Positions 49,034 to 59,543 of a DNA stretch of 64,000 nucleotides are shown piece by piece. Positions within the stretch are counted from its first letter, which is position 1, and every line of letters begins with the position of its first letter. The position numbers and the translations under genes were made by a program. Source of the stretch: Amoebophrya sp. A120 (taxonomy: Eukaryota; Protista; Dinoflagellata). The DNA lies in the NCBI GenBank assembly GCA_905178155.1, contig CAJINV010000001.1, positions 12,197,832-12,261,831 of the forward strand, written 5' to 3'. The notes under the pieces are model-generated. The model did not search any database, was not told where the DNA came from, and worked only from the letters and a program-made list of their open reading frames with translations.

Positions 49034-52000
49034 ATGGCGTGGCTGATTTTTTTCGGACTGCACGCTGGCATTTTGTGTGCACGAGCCGCAACATTTTCTT
49101 TTCCGGCGCCGCCCGACGAACTTGAAGCACTTTCTGTTGCTGGCGGTGGAACAAGCCGAGAGAATCAACAACTTCAGCGCGAGGCTGACCTGCGACATGA
49201 TTTTTCGCCGGCCAAATCTAGTACTTTACGACCCGCACTTGAAACGTTCGTCTCCTTTCTGTCCTCTGCCTCCGCAGCAGTCGGCCGACGTTGGCTGTTC
49301 TACGACTCTCCGCCTTGCGGTCGTAGTACGAAGCCGGACCATGTTGTGCATGTTGATCAAAGGCAGCCGACTTTGTTCTCAGCGAGTGGTCAGGACGACG
49401 AAGATGCTGCGCCTGCGGAGAGCGTTCTCACAAAATCCGATCTGCCTGAGGACGATAAACTTCTGGCGAACGCGCAGATGAATAAGAAGCCAGGTAGTCA
49501 TGATGCGATTTCGTGGATCAAGCAGCCACGCCTGAGCAGCGGACTGCACAACTTTTTCGAAAGTGAGGCTGGCAGCCCGACCGCGAGTTCCTCTTTTGGT
49601 GCCTCCGCGTCGACCTCTTCTTCGGGAGGACTCCGGCAAGAACACGACTTCCAGAACCCACGAAGCGGCATGATGTATTTCGGAGATAGTGACGGAAGTC
49701 CCTTTCCATCCCCCTCGGGGGACTCAGACATGATGTACTACCACGAGGAGCACGCGGACACAGCATCAGCTACCACCACTGGTACACGGGAACAACAAAA
49801 CGGCACTGCGCCCTGGGCGTTGGAGCCGTCCGCAAACTACACGATGTTGCGGCAGCCACAATTACACCTCCGATTGCCGACCGCTTGCAAAGGTGCGCCT
49901 GGAAAGAAGACTTGTGCAGATGAAGGCGTGCGGAGTTGTAGTAAGCAGATGAAAACCACCAGAGATCATGAGGTCATGAAACAAGACATTGAAATTGAAA
50001 TGGATGGTGGGGTGAGGATCAGCGGAAAACGCAAAGCCAGTAGTCTTTGCTGCAGCTCCAGAAATGAAACCGGCAGCTCGTCAGCAGTGGCAGACGGTTG
50101 TTCTTGGGCGTCCCCCGCACTCCTGCCGCAAAAGTTCGAAAAGCTGGACATCCAAAGGGAGGAGAATCATCTAGAAGTCCTTTCTTCGACCGAAAGCTCT
50201 GCCAAAAAGAATCCTTCAAAAAAGAAAACAAAAAACACGAAAGATGTCCTGCCTCCTCGAGTCAAGCATGAAAAGAACGCGACGGTCTTTGATGAAACCA
50301 GTTCTGCTTCCTCAAGGCCCCCTGCTGGTTTTCTCGCTGCGCGCATCGGGTTTACGAAGGAGGTTCTGTCGGCCGTCTTACAGAAGGAGACGGAACAAAG
50401 GCACAGAAAATCCAGGCGCGCCGGGGGCGGTGGACCTCTGGCGGCATCCGTGTGGAGCAGGGAAATTGGCGGGCCCCCACCTTGTCGCTGCCACAGACCC
50501 GCCGATTTTGCAGAAGACAAGCATTTTCGGCCCATGAGTTCGCCAAGAACTACACCGACTGCGGCGAGCCCCGACGAGGACGACATCTTCGATGATGATG
50601 ATGATCTGCCTGTTGAATCCTTTTGGACCAGGGCAATGGGCGATTGCCCACCCCCCGAGCGCTGCTTCAGCCCCGCGGATTTCCTAGAAGTGGAAGAGTC
50701 TCGGTTGAGTTCGCCAGCCCCAGCAGCGAGTCCAGTGTCGGCGCGGTCGCCGGTCGCACGCAATTCTACTGGGATGGACGGTAGCCAGCTTCACTTTGAG
50801 CTTGTGGAGGAAGAGATTTATCCGACCCCGAGCTGCTCGAGGGGGAATTATTCAGATGTTGCAGCTGAACCGAAGCACGGTCCTTGTTATTCGACGGAGC
50901 TGCAACCGCAGATGAATTTTGTTGAAGATGGCCTTAGATGTACGTCTCCCACGAATACCAAACTTAGATTTCTTTCTCCCACGAAAGGAAAAGGTAAGAA
51001 TGGCACGAATGACGCGAAACATGTTGGTCCGTTGTGGCCGTCGAGGGAAGAAGATCTATTTTCCCAGTTTCTTTGCAGTGGCTCCCACATCAGTGCGTCT
51101 GGCCCTGTTGGTGTCGCCGACGATGTGAAGAAAAGTACGTCTTGGCCTGCCGGAAAACGCGAAAATCCAGACGTGGTCCTTGAATCAAGTTATGACTTCG
51201 TTGCCGTCGGGAACGAAAGCTGTCGCTCCGGATGCAGAAGCTTCGGAGCTTCTTCCATGAAACCAAAACAAAAACCGCAGCCGGACCCAACACGGGCGGA
51301 ATCTGCAATCGACTACGGTTGCTCGACGGACGAAAGCGAGGTCTTGGAGGAAGCCGAGGACGCAGACGACTCGGAGGATGCAGCTGAGGGCAAGAAGAGA
51401 AAGGGGAAACAGCTCCCTCCTCTGAAAGCCAGAACACAGAAGACCAGACGAGGTCACCTCGAGGAGGAACTCGCTGGTCAAACTCAAGAAGAACATGCCG
51501 ACGACTCTTTTCGTTCGCATTCGCTTCCAAGTAGCAAACAGCCGAATAAACTCGTTCTGCCGATAGAATCGCGTCGGCATGCTGTTGGGAACAAAAGCAG
51601 CAGAGCTACTCATGTCGGTACTCCCCAGACCCAGAATCGTCCAGATCACGAACGGTGCGCAGCAGCTGCAATCGAGCGCGGCTCCACGACGACATCAGCT
51701 ACGCCTATAGAAGTAGACTCACGCAAGAACGCTGCTTTCTCGGCCAGCACGACTCACGATTTCAGTCACCACGGTCAAGCGGTTTATACGCGTAGTTCAT
51801 CTTCTTCCCGACCCCGGGCACAGCTCAGTCTGCTCGGAGATTTGAAGAATCCGCCCTTTGCTGAGCTGACAGGCAGACACGACCCGCTGGGATGCATGCT
51901 GCCTCCGTCACTGCACGAGTTCGAACAGCTTCGGAACTACCAGGAGCGCCTCAGAGCAGGCGAGGGCGAAGGGAGTCAGGAACGAGCCCCTCCGACAACG

Positions 52001-52177
52001 GTGGACGACGTTTTGTATGCCCCAGGGGGGCGGGGCTGGTTTCTCTCGTCGGACACGAGCGCTGCGACTGCTCGCAGTCGCACTATGAAGCGGCAAAAGA
52101 CTTCCACTATCGAGGATTCTTCTCGACGAGCTCGTCCAGCTCCAGCGAGCGTACAGCAGGGGGAAGAAAGGAAGTAG
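49034..52177 (+). CDS. Hypothetical Ser-rich, largely disordered protein with putative signal peptide (about 1047 aa), intronless
   Basis: 3.1-kb ORF. The second Met begins the hydrophobic MAWLIFFGLHAGILCARA. No domain recognised. Confidence 0.7.
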   Translation: MAWLIFFGLHAGILCARAATFSFPAPPDELEALSVAGGGTSRENQQLQREADLRHDFSPAKSSTLRPALETFVSFLSSASAAVGRRWLFYDSPPCGRSTKPDHVVHVDQRQPTLFSASGQDDEDAAPAESVLTKSDLPEDDKLLANAQMNKKPGSHDAISWIKQPRLSSGLHNFFESEAGSPTASSSFGASASTSSSGGLRQEHDFQNPRSGMMYFGDSDGSPFPSPSGDSDMMYYHEEHADTASATTTGTREQQNGTAPWALEPSANYTMLRQPQLHLRLPTACKGAPGKKTCADEGVRSCSKQMKTTRDHEVMKQDIEIEMDGGVRISGKRKASSLCCSSRNETGSSSAVADGCSWASPALLPQKFEKLDIQREENHLEVLSSTESSAKKNPSKKKTKNTKDVLPPRVKHEKNATVFDETSSASSRPPAGFLAARIGFTKEVLSAVLQKETEQRHRKSRRAGGGGPLAASVWSREIGGPPPCRCHRPADFAEDKHFRPMSSPRTTPTAASPDEDDIFDDDDDLPVESFWTRAMGDCPPPERCFSPADFLEVEESRLSSPAPAASPVSARSPVARNSTGMDGSQLHFELVEEEIYPTPSCSRGNYSDVAAEPKHGPCYSTELQPQMNFVEDGLRCTSPTNTKLRFLSPTKGKGKNGTNDAKHVGPLWPSREEDLFSQFLCSGSHISASGPVGVADDVKKSTSWPAGKRENPDVVLESSYDFVAVGNESCRSGCRSFGASSMKPKQKPQPDPTRAESAIDYGCSTDESEVLEEAEDADDSEDAAEGKKRKGKQLPPLKARTQKTRRGHLEEELAGQTQEEHADDSFRSHSLPSSKQPNKLVLPIESRRHAVGNKSSRATHVGTPQTQNRPDHERCAAAAIERGSTTTSATPIEVDSRKNAAFSASTTHDFSHHGQAVYTRSSSSSRPRAQLSLLGDLKNPPFAELTGRHDPLGCMLPPSLHEFEQLRNYQERLRAGEGEGSQERAPPTTVDDVLYAPGGRGWFLSSDTSAATARSRTMKRQKTSTIEDSSRRARPAPASVQQGEERK

Positions 52178-52798
52178 GCCTGGATATTGAAGGTGGTGGT
52201 GGTCGCTCAGAGGAAGAAGTTTAGGAAGGCACAAGCTCAAGCAGGCCTAGGTAGTATGTATAGAATATCAATGTGTTGTGTTCCTGTACAACTAGATAGT
52301 ATGTATCGATCTCTATATTTGTCAAGATCCGCAGCTGACCGTGGCAAGAACTAGGACAACGAGAAAGTACTTTATACCTTATTTAAGCATTCTGTTTCAA
52401 TGGCGTCATCATGGTCATATTATCGTGAACGGTTATCGTCATGCTCCTCGCGAAGTAGATCAGCCCGCATTTAGAACTACTTTGATAGATAAAATAGTAA
52501 TAGGAGCACAAAAATACTATTTCTAGCTATAGCGATTCAAGTCTCGTCTTCTTTCTTTTGTGAACGCGTGATTTTGTGCTGACTTCTGCTCTTCACCAAA
52601 ACAAAATATAGACTAGAGAACAACGGCCGCTGTCGGCGTACAGTCAGACGGTTTTGCGGTCATAGTTTCTCTTTCATATATGTAAAGCCTTCAACTTGCC
52701 GAAGACTGAGGTGCACCAACACGAAATTTCGTAAATCACGAAGAAGCTCTCGGTTCTAAAGAAAAAGAACGCTGTAGGTATACATTGCAGGTGTGTGA

Positions 52799-52850
52799 AG
52801 ATTTTAGCGCTAAAGAAGAACGCTAGATTTTAGCGCTAAAGAAGAACGCT
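52799..52850. repeat. 26-bp perfect tandem duplication containing the palindrome TTTAGCGCTAAA
   Basis: AGATTTTAGCGCTAAAGAAGAACGCT x2. Confidence 0.85.
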
Positions 52851-53462
52851 CTGGAGGCTATCAAAAGAAAAAATGAATGAAGTATTCCATGCATTTTTGT
52901 CTAACAATTTCTCTGAAAAACAAAAAATAAAAAGATGGGATGCAATACTTTTCTGCAAGAATATCATCGTTTCGGACTGTTATCATCGTCCTGTGCAGAT
53001 ACTACAACCCCAGAACCAAAACGCACTTATGAATGAACTGACATCCGCGCGGCGACACATCGACGCTGCTTCTTTTTCCGAAGAACTTTTCGACGCATTT
53101 GTTGTGTTTACAAACCACTGCCTTTTTTCATGAGTGTAAGTTCCGCTTCGTTGCCAACGCTGGGCGATTTCAACCGTCCTCTCGGTGGATGGACGAGTAC
53201 AAATTCTTGACAGTAAGACCTCCCGTTTTTCACTGAAACAAAAGTCGTGTTGGCACTCATTTATGCATTCGCTTTGTCTTCGATTTTTCAGAATCGTCTT
53301 CGATTTTCAAACTGTTCGCGGATCTCACATAACAGTGGCTTCTTCTGGTTTTGCAGTGTTATTCGCCGGTTGTCAAACACGTAAACCACGGGGACGAACG
53401 AAGACAATCAGCAATTCGATATTTAACTATCTTCACAGTCATCACGTTCACGACACCAGCAC

Positions 53463-56400
53463 ATGCAGGTCCTCGACCCCGATGGTGACAGCGACCCCGG
53501 GGACGATTCGGACTTCAGACCCACCGGTTTTCCGGCCGCCCGCGAGCGCAGCAGCGGAGCAGACGGCGACGAGAATTTGTATCATGTGAAACTAAAAATT
53601 TTTCACACAGGAGGTGGTGGTACAACAACATTTTCCGGTTCCTATGCGGTGCAACCGAAACCACCCGGACAGCAGCTCGTCCAGCAGGACCAAGAGCCGT
53701 TGTTCCAGCGCATCGAGATTTTGGAGGTCGCCGTGAGTAGCTACGAGGACCTGGCGGAGTTTGTGCGGACGCACCTGCAGGACTGGCACTGCGAGTGGCA
53801 GATGCTGTCGGGCGCCAACGTTCCCTTCACCGAGGACCTGCTGTACTCCCGGCTCTCCAGCCGCCGGCTTCCCGTCTTGGTGTTCGTGCGCAAGGTATCC
53901 TGTGCAAAAGTATCGTACTCGTACTGATTGCAAATATGCATGACAAATCTCCTTCCTAGTAAGGTAAAACAGCATTACAAATTCCACTTTTCTTCTTGCC
54001 AAAATTTGTGATGCAAGTTATACTAGTACGATACTTTTGCAATGCATACGAGGCCGCGAGCCTGTACCAGCGGGAATTGCAGGAGGTGGTGGCGCGCGCG
54101 GAAACCAAGCTGCTGGAAAAGCTGCAGGACGACCAGGAGGGGCGGGAATTTTACCTGAAAACCATGGAGGCGCGGGTGCAGGAGGCCGAGAGGGGCGTGG
54201 CGGACCTGAGCGACCTGTTCACGCTCCCGCCGCGGTCGCCGTCCGCGAAAAGTGTGTGGTTCGTGGTGTCCGCGGAGCTATTGATTCTGCTGGTGTTTGC
54301 GGTCTGGGTGGTGAAACTGTCCGTCGCGCGCCTGGACAAGGACGAGATGAGCGTGCGCCACTGGGTATCAAATGCAAAAATGTCTGGGTCTGGAAGGATG
54401 CGAACTTGTGATGCGTGTTGCGGATCATACAGAAATCTGTGTTGCATGACTTGCAAAAGCAGGTCCCCATTTCTAGCCATGCCGAGGGGGCATTTTTCAT
54501 GCAGAATAGGCATCACCAAGGGGCTGCAGAACCTGTGATGCTAGGCCCTGCATTCGAGACTTGGCGGAGCTTGGAAAAACTGCATGACAAATCTCAGAAT
54601 CTTCCAGACCCAGACATTTTTGCATTTGATACTGGGGGCAGCGGCTGAACCGGTCGCTGAACGAGCTGGAGGTACTACGGATTGCAAATATGTCTGGGTC
54701 TGGAAGAATACAAACCTGTGATGCGCATTTCAGAACACAGAAAAATCTCTCATGCATAGGTAGCAAAAGCTGCCCAAATTCTGTCACCAAAATGGGGGAT
54801 TTGTCATGCGGATTCGGCATTGCGGAAGCTTCTCGAAGCCTGTGATGCTAGAGCTTCCATGCCAGACTTTCTGTGTCATGCAAAAACAGCATGACTCTTC
54901 CAGACCCAGACATTTTTGCAATCCATAGGTGCAGAGTGCGAACAACTTCACCCTGGCTTTTGGCTTGCTCGAAACGGACAACCGAACCCTCTCGCGCACG
55001 GTGAACACGCTGAACGTGACGACGACTGCGTTGAACATCTCGGAGACGCAGGTCGCGCAGTTGGGGACCGCGCTGAACACGAGCCACGCGAACGCAACCC
55101 GTCTTGCCGTCGCGGAAAGGTTTTGGAAGCAGGATAGTCTGGCAGCGCGAACGGAATTGAATGCAACAAGTGCCGAGGTGTCCTCGCTGCAGATCCGGCT
55201 TCGGGCGTCGGAGGCCGAGATTCTGCGGCTGCAAAGCGCCCTGCAAACCGCGCAGGCGGGGGAAAGCGCGCTGGGAAGCAGGCTGAATGTCTCCTACAGT
55301 GAGCTGAACAACACCCGAGCGGCCCGGTCCGATTTGCAGCGTGCGCTCGCGGACTCGCAGGGCTTGATCGCGCAGCTGCGGGGGAAGGAGGGCCAGGAGC
55401 AAGCTAAAGTTGCAAATTTGACACAGGAACTGCAGCGACGGGAGACGGCGGATGAAGGCATCCGCAGCAAGCTGGCAGCGACGGAGAAGGCGTTGCAGGA
55501 CACAACAGGCAAGTTGGGCAATATGACACATCTGAAGGACGTCCTGCAGTACCAGCTGAGTTTGCTGACAAGAGACCTCCGAGACACGAAGTCGCAGCTA
55601 GGGAAGGAGGTCGCAAGAGACCGTACCTTGGAAGGGCAGGTCGCGACGCTACAGAGCGAACTCGATGCAAGTCGGAGCCAAAATGCCGATTTGATTGCGG
55701 AAGTTGCGGCCGAAAACCGAACGCTGCAAGGCGAAGAAGCTGTGTTGCGGCAAAGAAATACGTCGATCGCAACGACGGAGAAAGAACTGCAATCCGCACA
55801 GCAAGCGAACGCCGGCCTTAGGCGCAGTCTGAATGTCAAAAAGCAACAGCTCGCAAACGCAACCGAAAAAGTCGCGCAGGAAAGGGCTGACGCGGAAGAG
55901 TCCGAGAACTCACTGGAATTGTCTCGAACCAAGCTGGGTCTGGCGGAGAACGAAATTAGCACTTTGCAAGCCACTCTGCTATCGTCGCAGAAGAACGCGA
56001 CTCGTTTGCAAACCGCAGTCAACGCCGAGGAGGTCCAGGACCGCAAACACCTGAATGCGTTGAGCACTACGCAAGCCTCACTTGCCTCCTCTCGCGCAGA
56101 AATTTCCAGCCTAAACGGCGCATTGGCCTCCGCAAACGGGAACGCGACCGCGGTAGCGAGGGAAGAGCAGGCTGATCAGACGACAATCAGCGATCTCCGG
56201 GCCAGACTCTCCGCCGACGTCGGGAATGCGGCCGCATTGCGGACGCAGTTACACGACAGTCGAACCCGGTCGCAACAGCAGATCCAAGCCTTGCAGGCCA
56301 AACTTGCGCAGTGTGAGAAGCAGAAATCCTCGACAATTATTCCGCCGACGCCTTTGACTAGTACGTCTTCAACGACGACGAGCACAACAACACTACCATT

Positions 56401-56674
56401 CCCGCTCCTCGGTCTTCCGCCAAAAGAAAAGATTCCCTCAGCCGAACAAATAAATGGGCTCTCGAAAAGTAGAACAGCATCCGTAGTCGAGGAAATGCTC
56501 GAGCTCTTTCGCTCGCCCACTGTCTTCTTGGGTCCCGAAGCTAGATGGAGCAGCATATTGCGCGGCCAAAGTGGAGGAGATGCCTATGACGACCGCGTTA
56601 GCAAAACAAGAGGCAGCTGGATTGGCGGAGATGAACCAGATGCCCATGGCCAACAGCTTGCTCCGTTGAAGTAG
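53463..56674 (+). CDS. Single-TM long coiled-coil protein interrupted by three TIR/TSD elements
   Basis: ORF pieces fuse in frame after removing E8 (VRK-AASLY), E9 (RHWG-QRLNRS) and E10 (ELE-VQSAN). TM segment VWFVVSAELLILLVFAVWVV; heptad-rich C-terminal region with many N-x-S/T sites. Confidence 0.8.
53896..54048 (-). mobile_element. TIR/TSD intron-like element E8, family B (153 bp), inverted relative to E3
   Basis: TATCCTGTGCAAAAGTATCGTACTCGTA ... TACTAGTACGATACTTTTGCAATGCATA. TSD CAAGG/CGAGG (1 mismatch). Can be read as a GT-AG intron 53895-54052. Confidence 0.9.
54366..54631 (+). mobile_element. TIR/TSD intron-like element E9, family A (266 bp)
   Basis: TATCAAATGCAAAAATGTCTGGGTCTGGAAG ... 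CTTCCAGACCCAGACATTTTTGCATTTGATA (perfect 31-bp TIR). TSD CTGGG at 54361-65 and 54632-36. Confidence 0.95.
54676..54927 (+). mobile_element. TIR/TSD intron-like element E10, family A (252 bp)
   Basis: TACGGATTGCAAATATGTCTGGGTCTGGAAGA ... TCTTCCAGACCCAGACATTTTTGCAATCCATA. TSD GGTAC/GGTGC. Can be read as a GT-AG intron 54672-54928. Very similar to E12. Confidence 0.92.
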
Positions 56675-57177
56675 TTAGTGCTCCTGCTGATGAAGAACTT
56701 CCACTAACAACTCTGACATGACACAGTTCCATGTTCCAGCCAAACCACTTACTCTCACTGAAAGTGAAAGTTACAATAATCTTTTGATGTTGTAATTGTT
56801 GCGCATGCTGCTCACTAGGACTCCTAGACATTCGTGCCTCTTTTATGCTCTTGCGCGGCAAACGCGCCAACTTAGACCGTCCAATCCGCAACTACTTGCG
56901 TCAGTGGGATCACGATGCAACGAGCATGATGCTTTGATGTACCGGCACCTGTCGAGTGTTATGTTCTACTTGCAGTTACGATCGTCTTGGTCTTTGGTAT
57001 GCGATGATTCCTGCTGCCGCTCCTGTTTTTCGATCTTCATCTTTCGACCGATAGGCCCACAAATATTCATAAATCAAAATCGCATGATTCAGGTATAGTT
57101 TTTTGGCATGAAATCCGGTAGAAACGCGTAGTACGTACCTTTCCACCTTCTTCCTCAAAAATTAGCACCGCCGCAAG

Positions 57178-58338
57178 ATGGTCGTGAGTAAGGGTGGCGT
57201 GGCAAAGTGGCGGAAAATGCAGGCATTGTTGGAGAACATTCAGCTCCCTGCACATTGGTCGGTGAAACAGTCTTGTTTGTTTTTGCTATCTCCCGAGCAA
57301 CAAGCACAGCAGGATGAGCACCAAGACAAACCCCGTGTGGTTGAATCGGCCTGTACTTCATCCGTGCCGCTGACACACTTTCCAAAAAGGATTAGGAACT
57401 ACACGGAGGACGACAAGAGGCTCTTCAAGGGAGAAAGGCTTTATTCCAGCAACTCGACGACTGATGGGGATGCAGCAGATTTTTTCTGCAACGAGGATCA
57501 AGCAGCTTTTTCCTCGGGTGGTCGTGGTTGCGGGCGGCCGCACATCGAGCAGGCGTCCTCGAGACTACAACACCCTGAAAGATGTTGCCCCACCTCAAGC
57601 GAAAAAGCAACGTCATCTCCATCGAGACCAAAAATTCCGATCGCCGCTTTTGACTTCGACAATACGTTGCTGCGCACGCAAAGCCGCCAGGAGGCGCTTT
57701 GTGAGAAGCTGCTTGTACAGCAGAAGTGCTGGCTCGACGACAACGTTGCGAGACTATTCCACGCGCTCCACAGCAGAGGTCACCGGCTTGTCGTCTTCAG
57801 CAACCAAAACGTTCTGCGCAGAGTAAACGACCTGGACCAGTGCCGGGACGCTGTGGAAAATTGCATTCGCAGGTTCACAACCTTCCAAAACGCTCTGCAG
57901 AAAGTGATTTTTTCGAGGGACGAAGCCGGCACCTCAAGAACAGGCGCAACTGAAAATAACGCTCCGTCGTCAACAACTTTTCCAGTCGATTTTTTCTTGG
58001 CGCTAGGGCGTGGAGACACAGGAGATTGGTACCGCAAACCAAATCCGGGGATGTGGCACCTTTTTCGGGACGAGCTGCGGGCGCAAAGTTGTGCAAACGA
58101 CCCAAAGGATATCGACTACTCGGCAAGTTTCTACGTGGGCAATTCGGCTGGACGTCCGCTTGACGCGACCGATTTCGACCGCCGATTTGCTGACAATATC
58201 GGCGTCAAGTTCTTTACGGAAGAAATCTTCCAACGGTTCGCAACAGGCGAAGATGGTCTTTTAAGTGTGAACGAGGAAACGCATAATTTCCCAGTGCCAT
58301 CCTACGAAAATCAAGTTCTTTTGTCTTCAAGGATCTAG
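57178..58338 (+). CDS. HAD-family DNA 3'-phosphatase (PNKP phosphatase domain / Tpp1-like), no kinase domain
   Basis: IAAFDFDNTL (motif I), VVFSNQ (II), YRKPNPGMW (III), SFYVGNSAGR...DRRFADNIGVKF (IV). Confidence 0.85.
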   Translation: MVVSKGGVAKWRKMQALLENIQLPAHWSVKQSCLFLLSPEQQAQQDEHQDKPRVVESACTSSVPLTHFPKRIRNYTEDDKRLFKGERLYSSNSTTDGDAADFFCNEDQAAFSSGGRGCGRPHIEQASSRLQHPERCCPTSSEKATSSPSRPKIPIAAFDFDNTLLRTQSRQEALCEKLLVQQKCWLDDNVARLFHALHSRGHRLVVFSNQNVLRRVNDLDQCRDAVENCIRRFTTFQNALQKVIFSRDEAGTSRTGATENNAPSSTTFPVDFFLALGRGDTGDWYRKPNPGMWHLFRDELRAQSCANDPKDIDYSASFYVGNSAGRPLDATDFDRRFADNIGVKFFTEEIFQRFATGEDGLLSVNEETHNFPVPSYENQVLLSSRI

Positions 58339-59543
58339 CGTTATCAGGAGAAATTTCCCTGTCTGCTCCTGAAGGACCACGAGTACTCTATATCTAGTGA
58401 TGTTGTAGTTGATGAGTCTTTGTCTATCGTTCATCTTCATGTTCTCCTGCCACCTAAAGAATAAAAATTCAAAAGGAAAGTCATAATCGCATGTCTCTGT
58501 CTGTGAGTCGTGTTTGTGATGTGCTCAATTTCACTCCAAGTTGTAGTCGATATGGGACAGGCCTGCGGCTGATTGTAACCACAATCACTTCTATTTCCGC
58601 GTTGTTCTACGTCATTAGCAGGAGCTCTCTTACTTTGCAGCAACACCACGCAAAAACAGTGGCTCATTGAATATTCGGTACACTGAGTTATGGTGTTACG
58701 CTCGGTCCATTTTCTTTTGACTTGTGAAGAGGGAAAACCCGAAATTATCTCTATCCTGGCCAAAGCAGGCTACATGAAGCGGCACGTACTAATGTCCTTC
58801 GCCAACTGTATTTAAGGTTGACCGAAAAAAGAAAAAGAAAGAACAGCTATTTGTCGTCGTGAACAAAATCTTCACAAACTTGCTTTCGATTTGTCGGTTT
58901 TGAGCGAGCAGAGCGACATGCGTCGACATTTGTGTCTGTGGACAATCCAGCGATTCAACATTGGCGCAGTCAATAGAGTTGCATTCACGTTGCTACTTGC
59001 CTTTCATTTGATCCTCATTGCGCAGTGTCGTGGACGGAGTGTCTTACCCCAGTAAATAAAGTCTTACCCTTTACTGTTGTGTAGAACGAGCTACGTTCGC
59101 GATTTCTTTCAACATCTCCTGCTTCAATTTTCGAACGGTCTGTCTGTCAACTATCCTCCTTTTATAAAATCGCCGACAAGGTATTCCTCGCTTTGACTAT
59201 AAGCCTTGTTGCTGTTTTTACTTTGTTTGCGCGAGTAGTTATTCGTGCCTACAAACTCCCATAAGTATCGTTTACTGCTATTTCCCCACTTTGTTTCTAA
59301 TCCGAAGAGGTAGACACTACGGGTACAACCTACGCAGTTCGAAGAGCGGTAAGCCCAAATACACCTCCGTTACTGTGTGAGGATCGATGACTAAAAGCAT
59401 TTTCATCTGAACAAACCGATCGCACACCAACATTCATTTCAAAAATCGTGTTGAGAAGTAGCAGGTTCTACTTTTAATAAGGTAGTAGTAGAGCTGCTGG
59501 CCGATCGGTTATTTTTCATCTGTCTTCTAGAAACAAGACGAGG

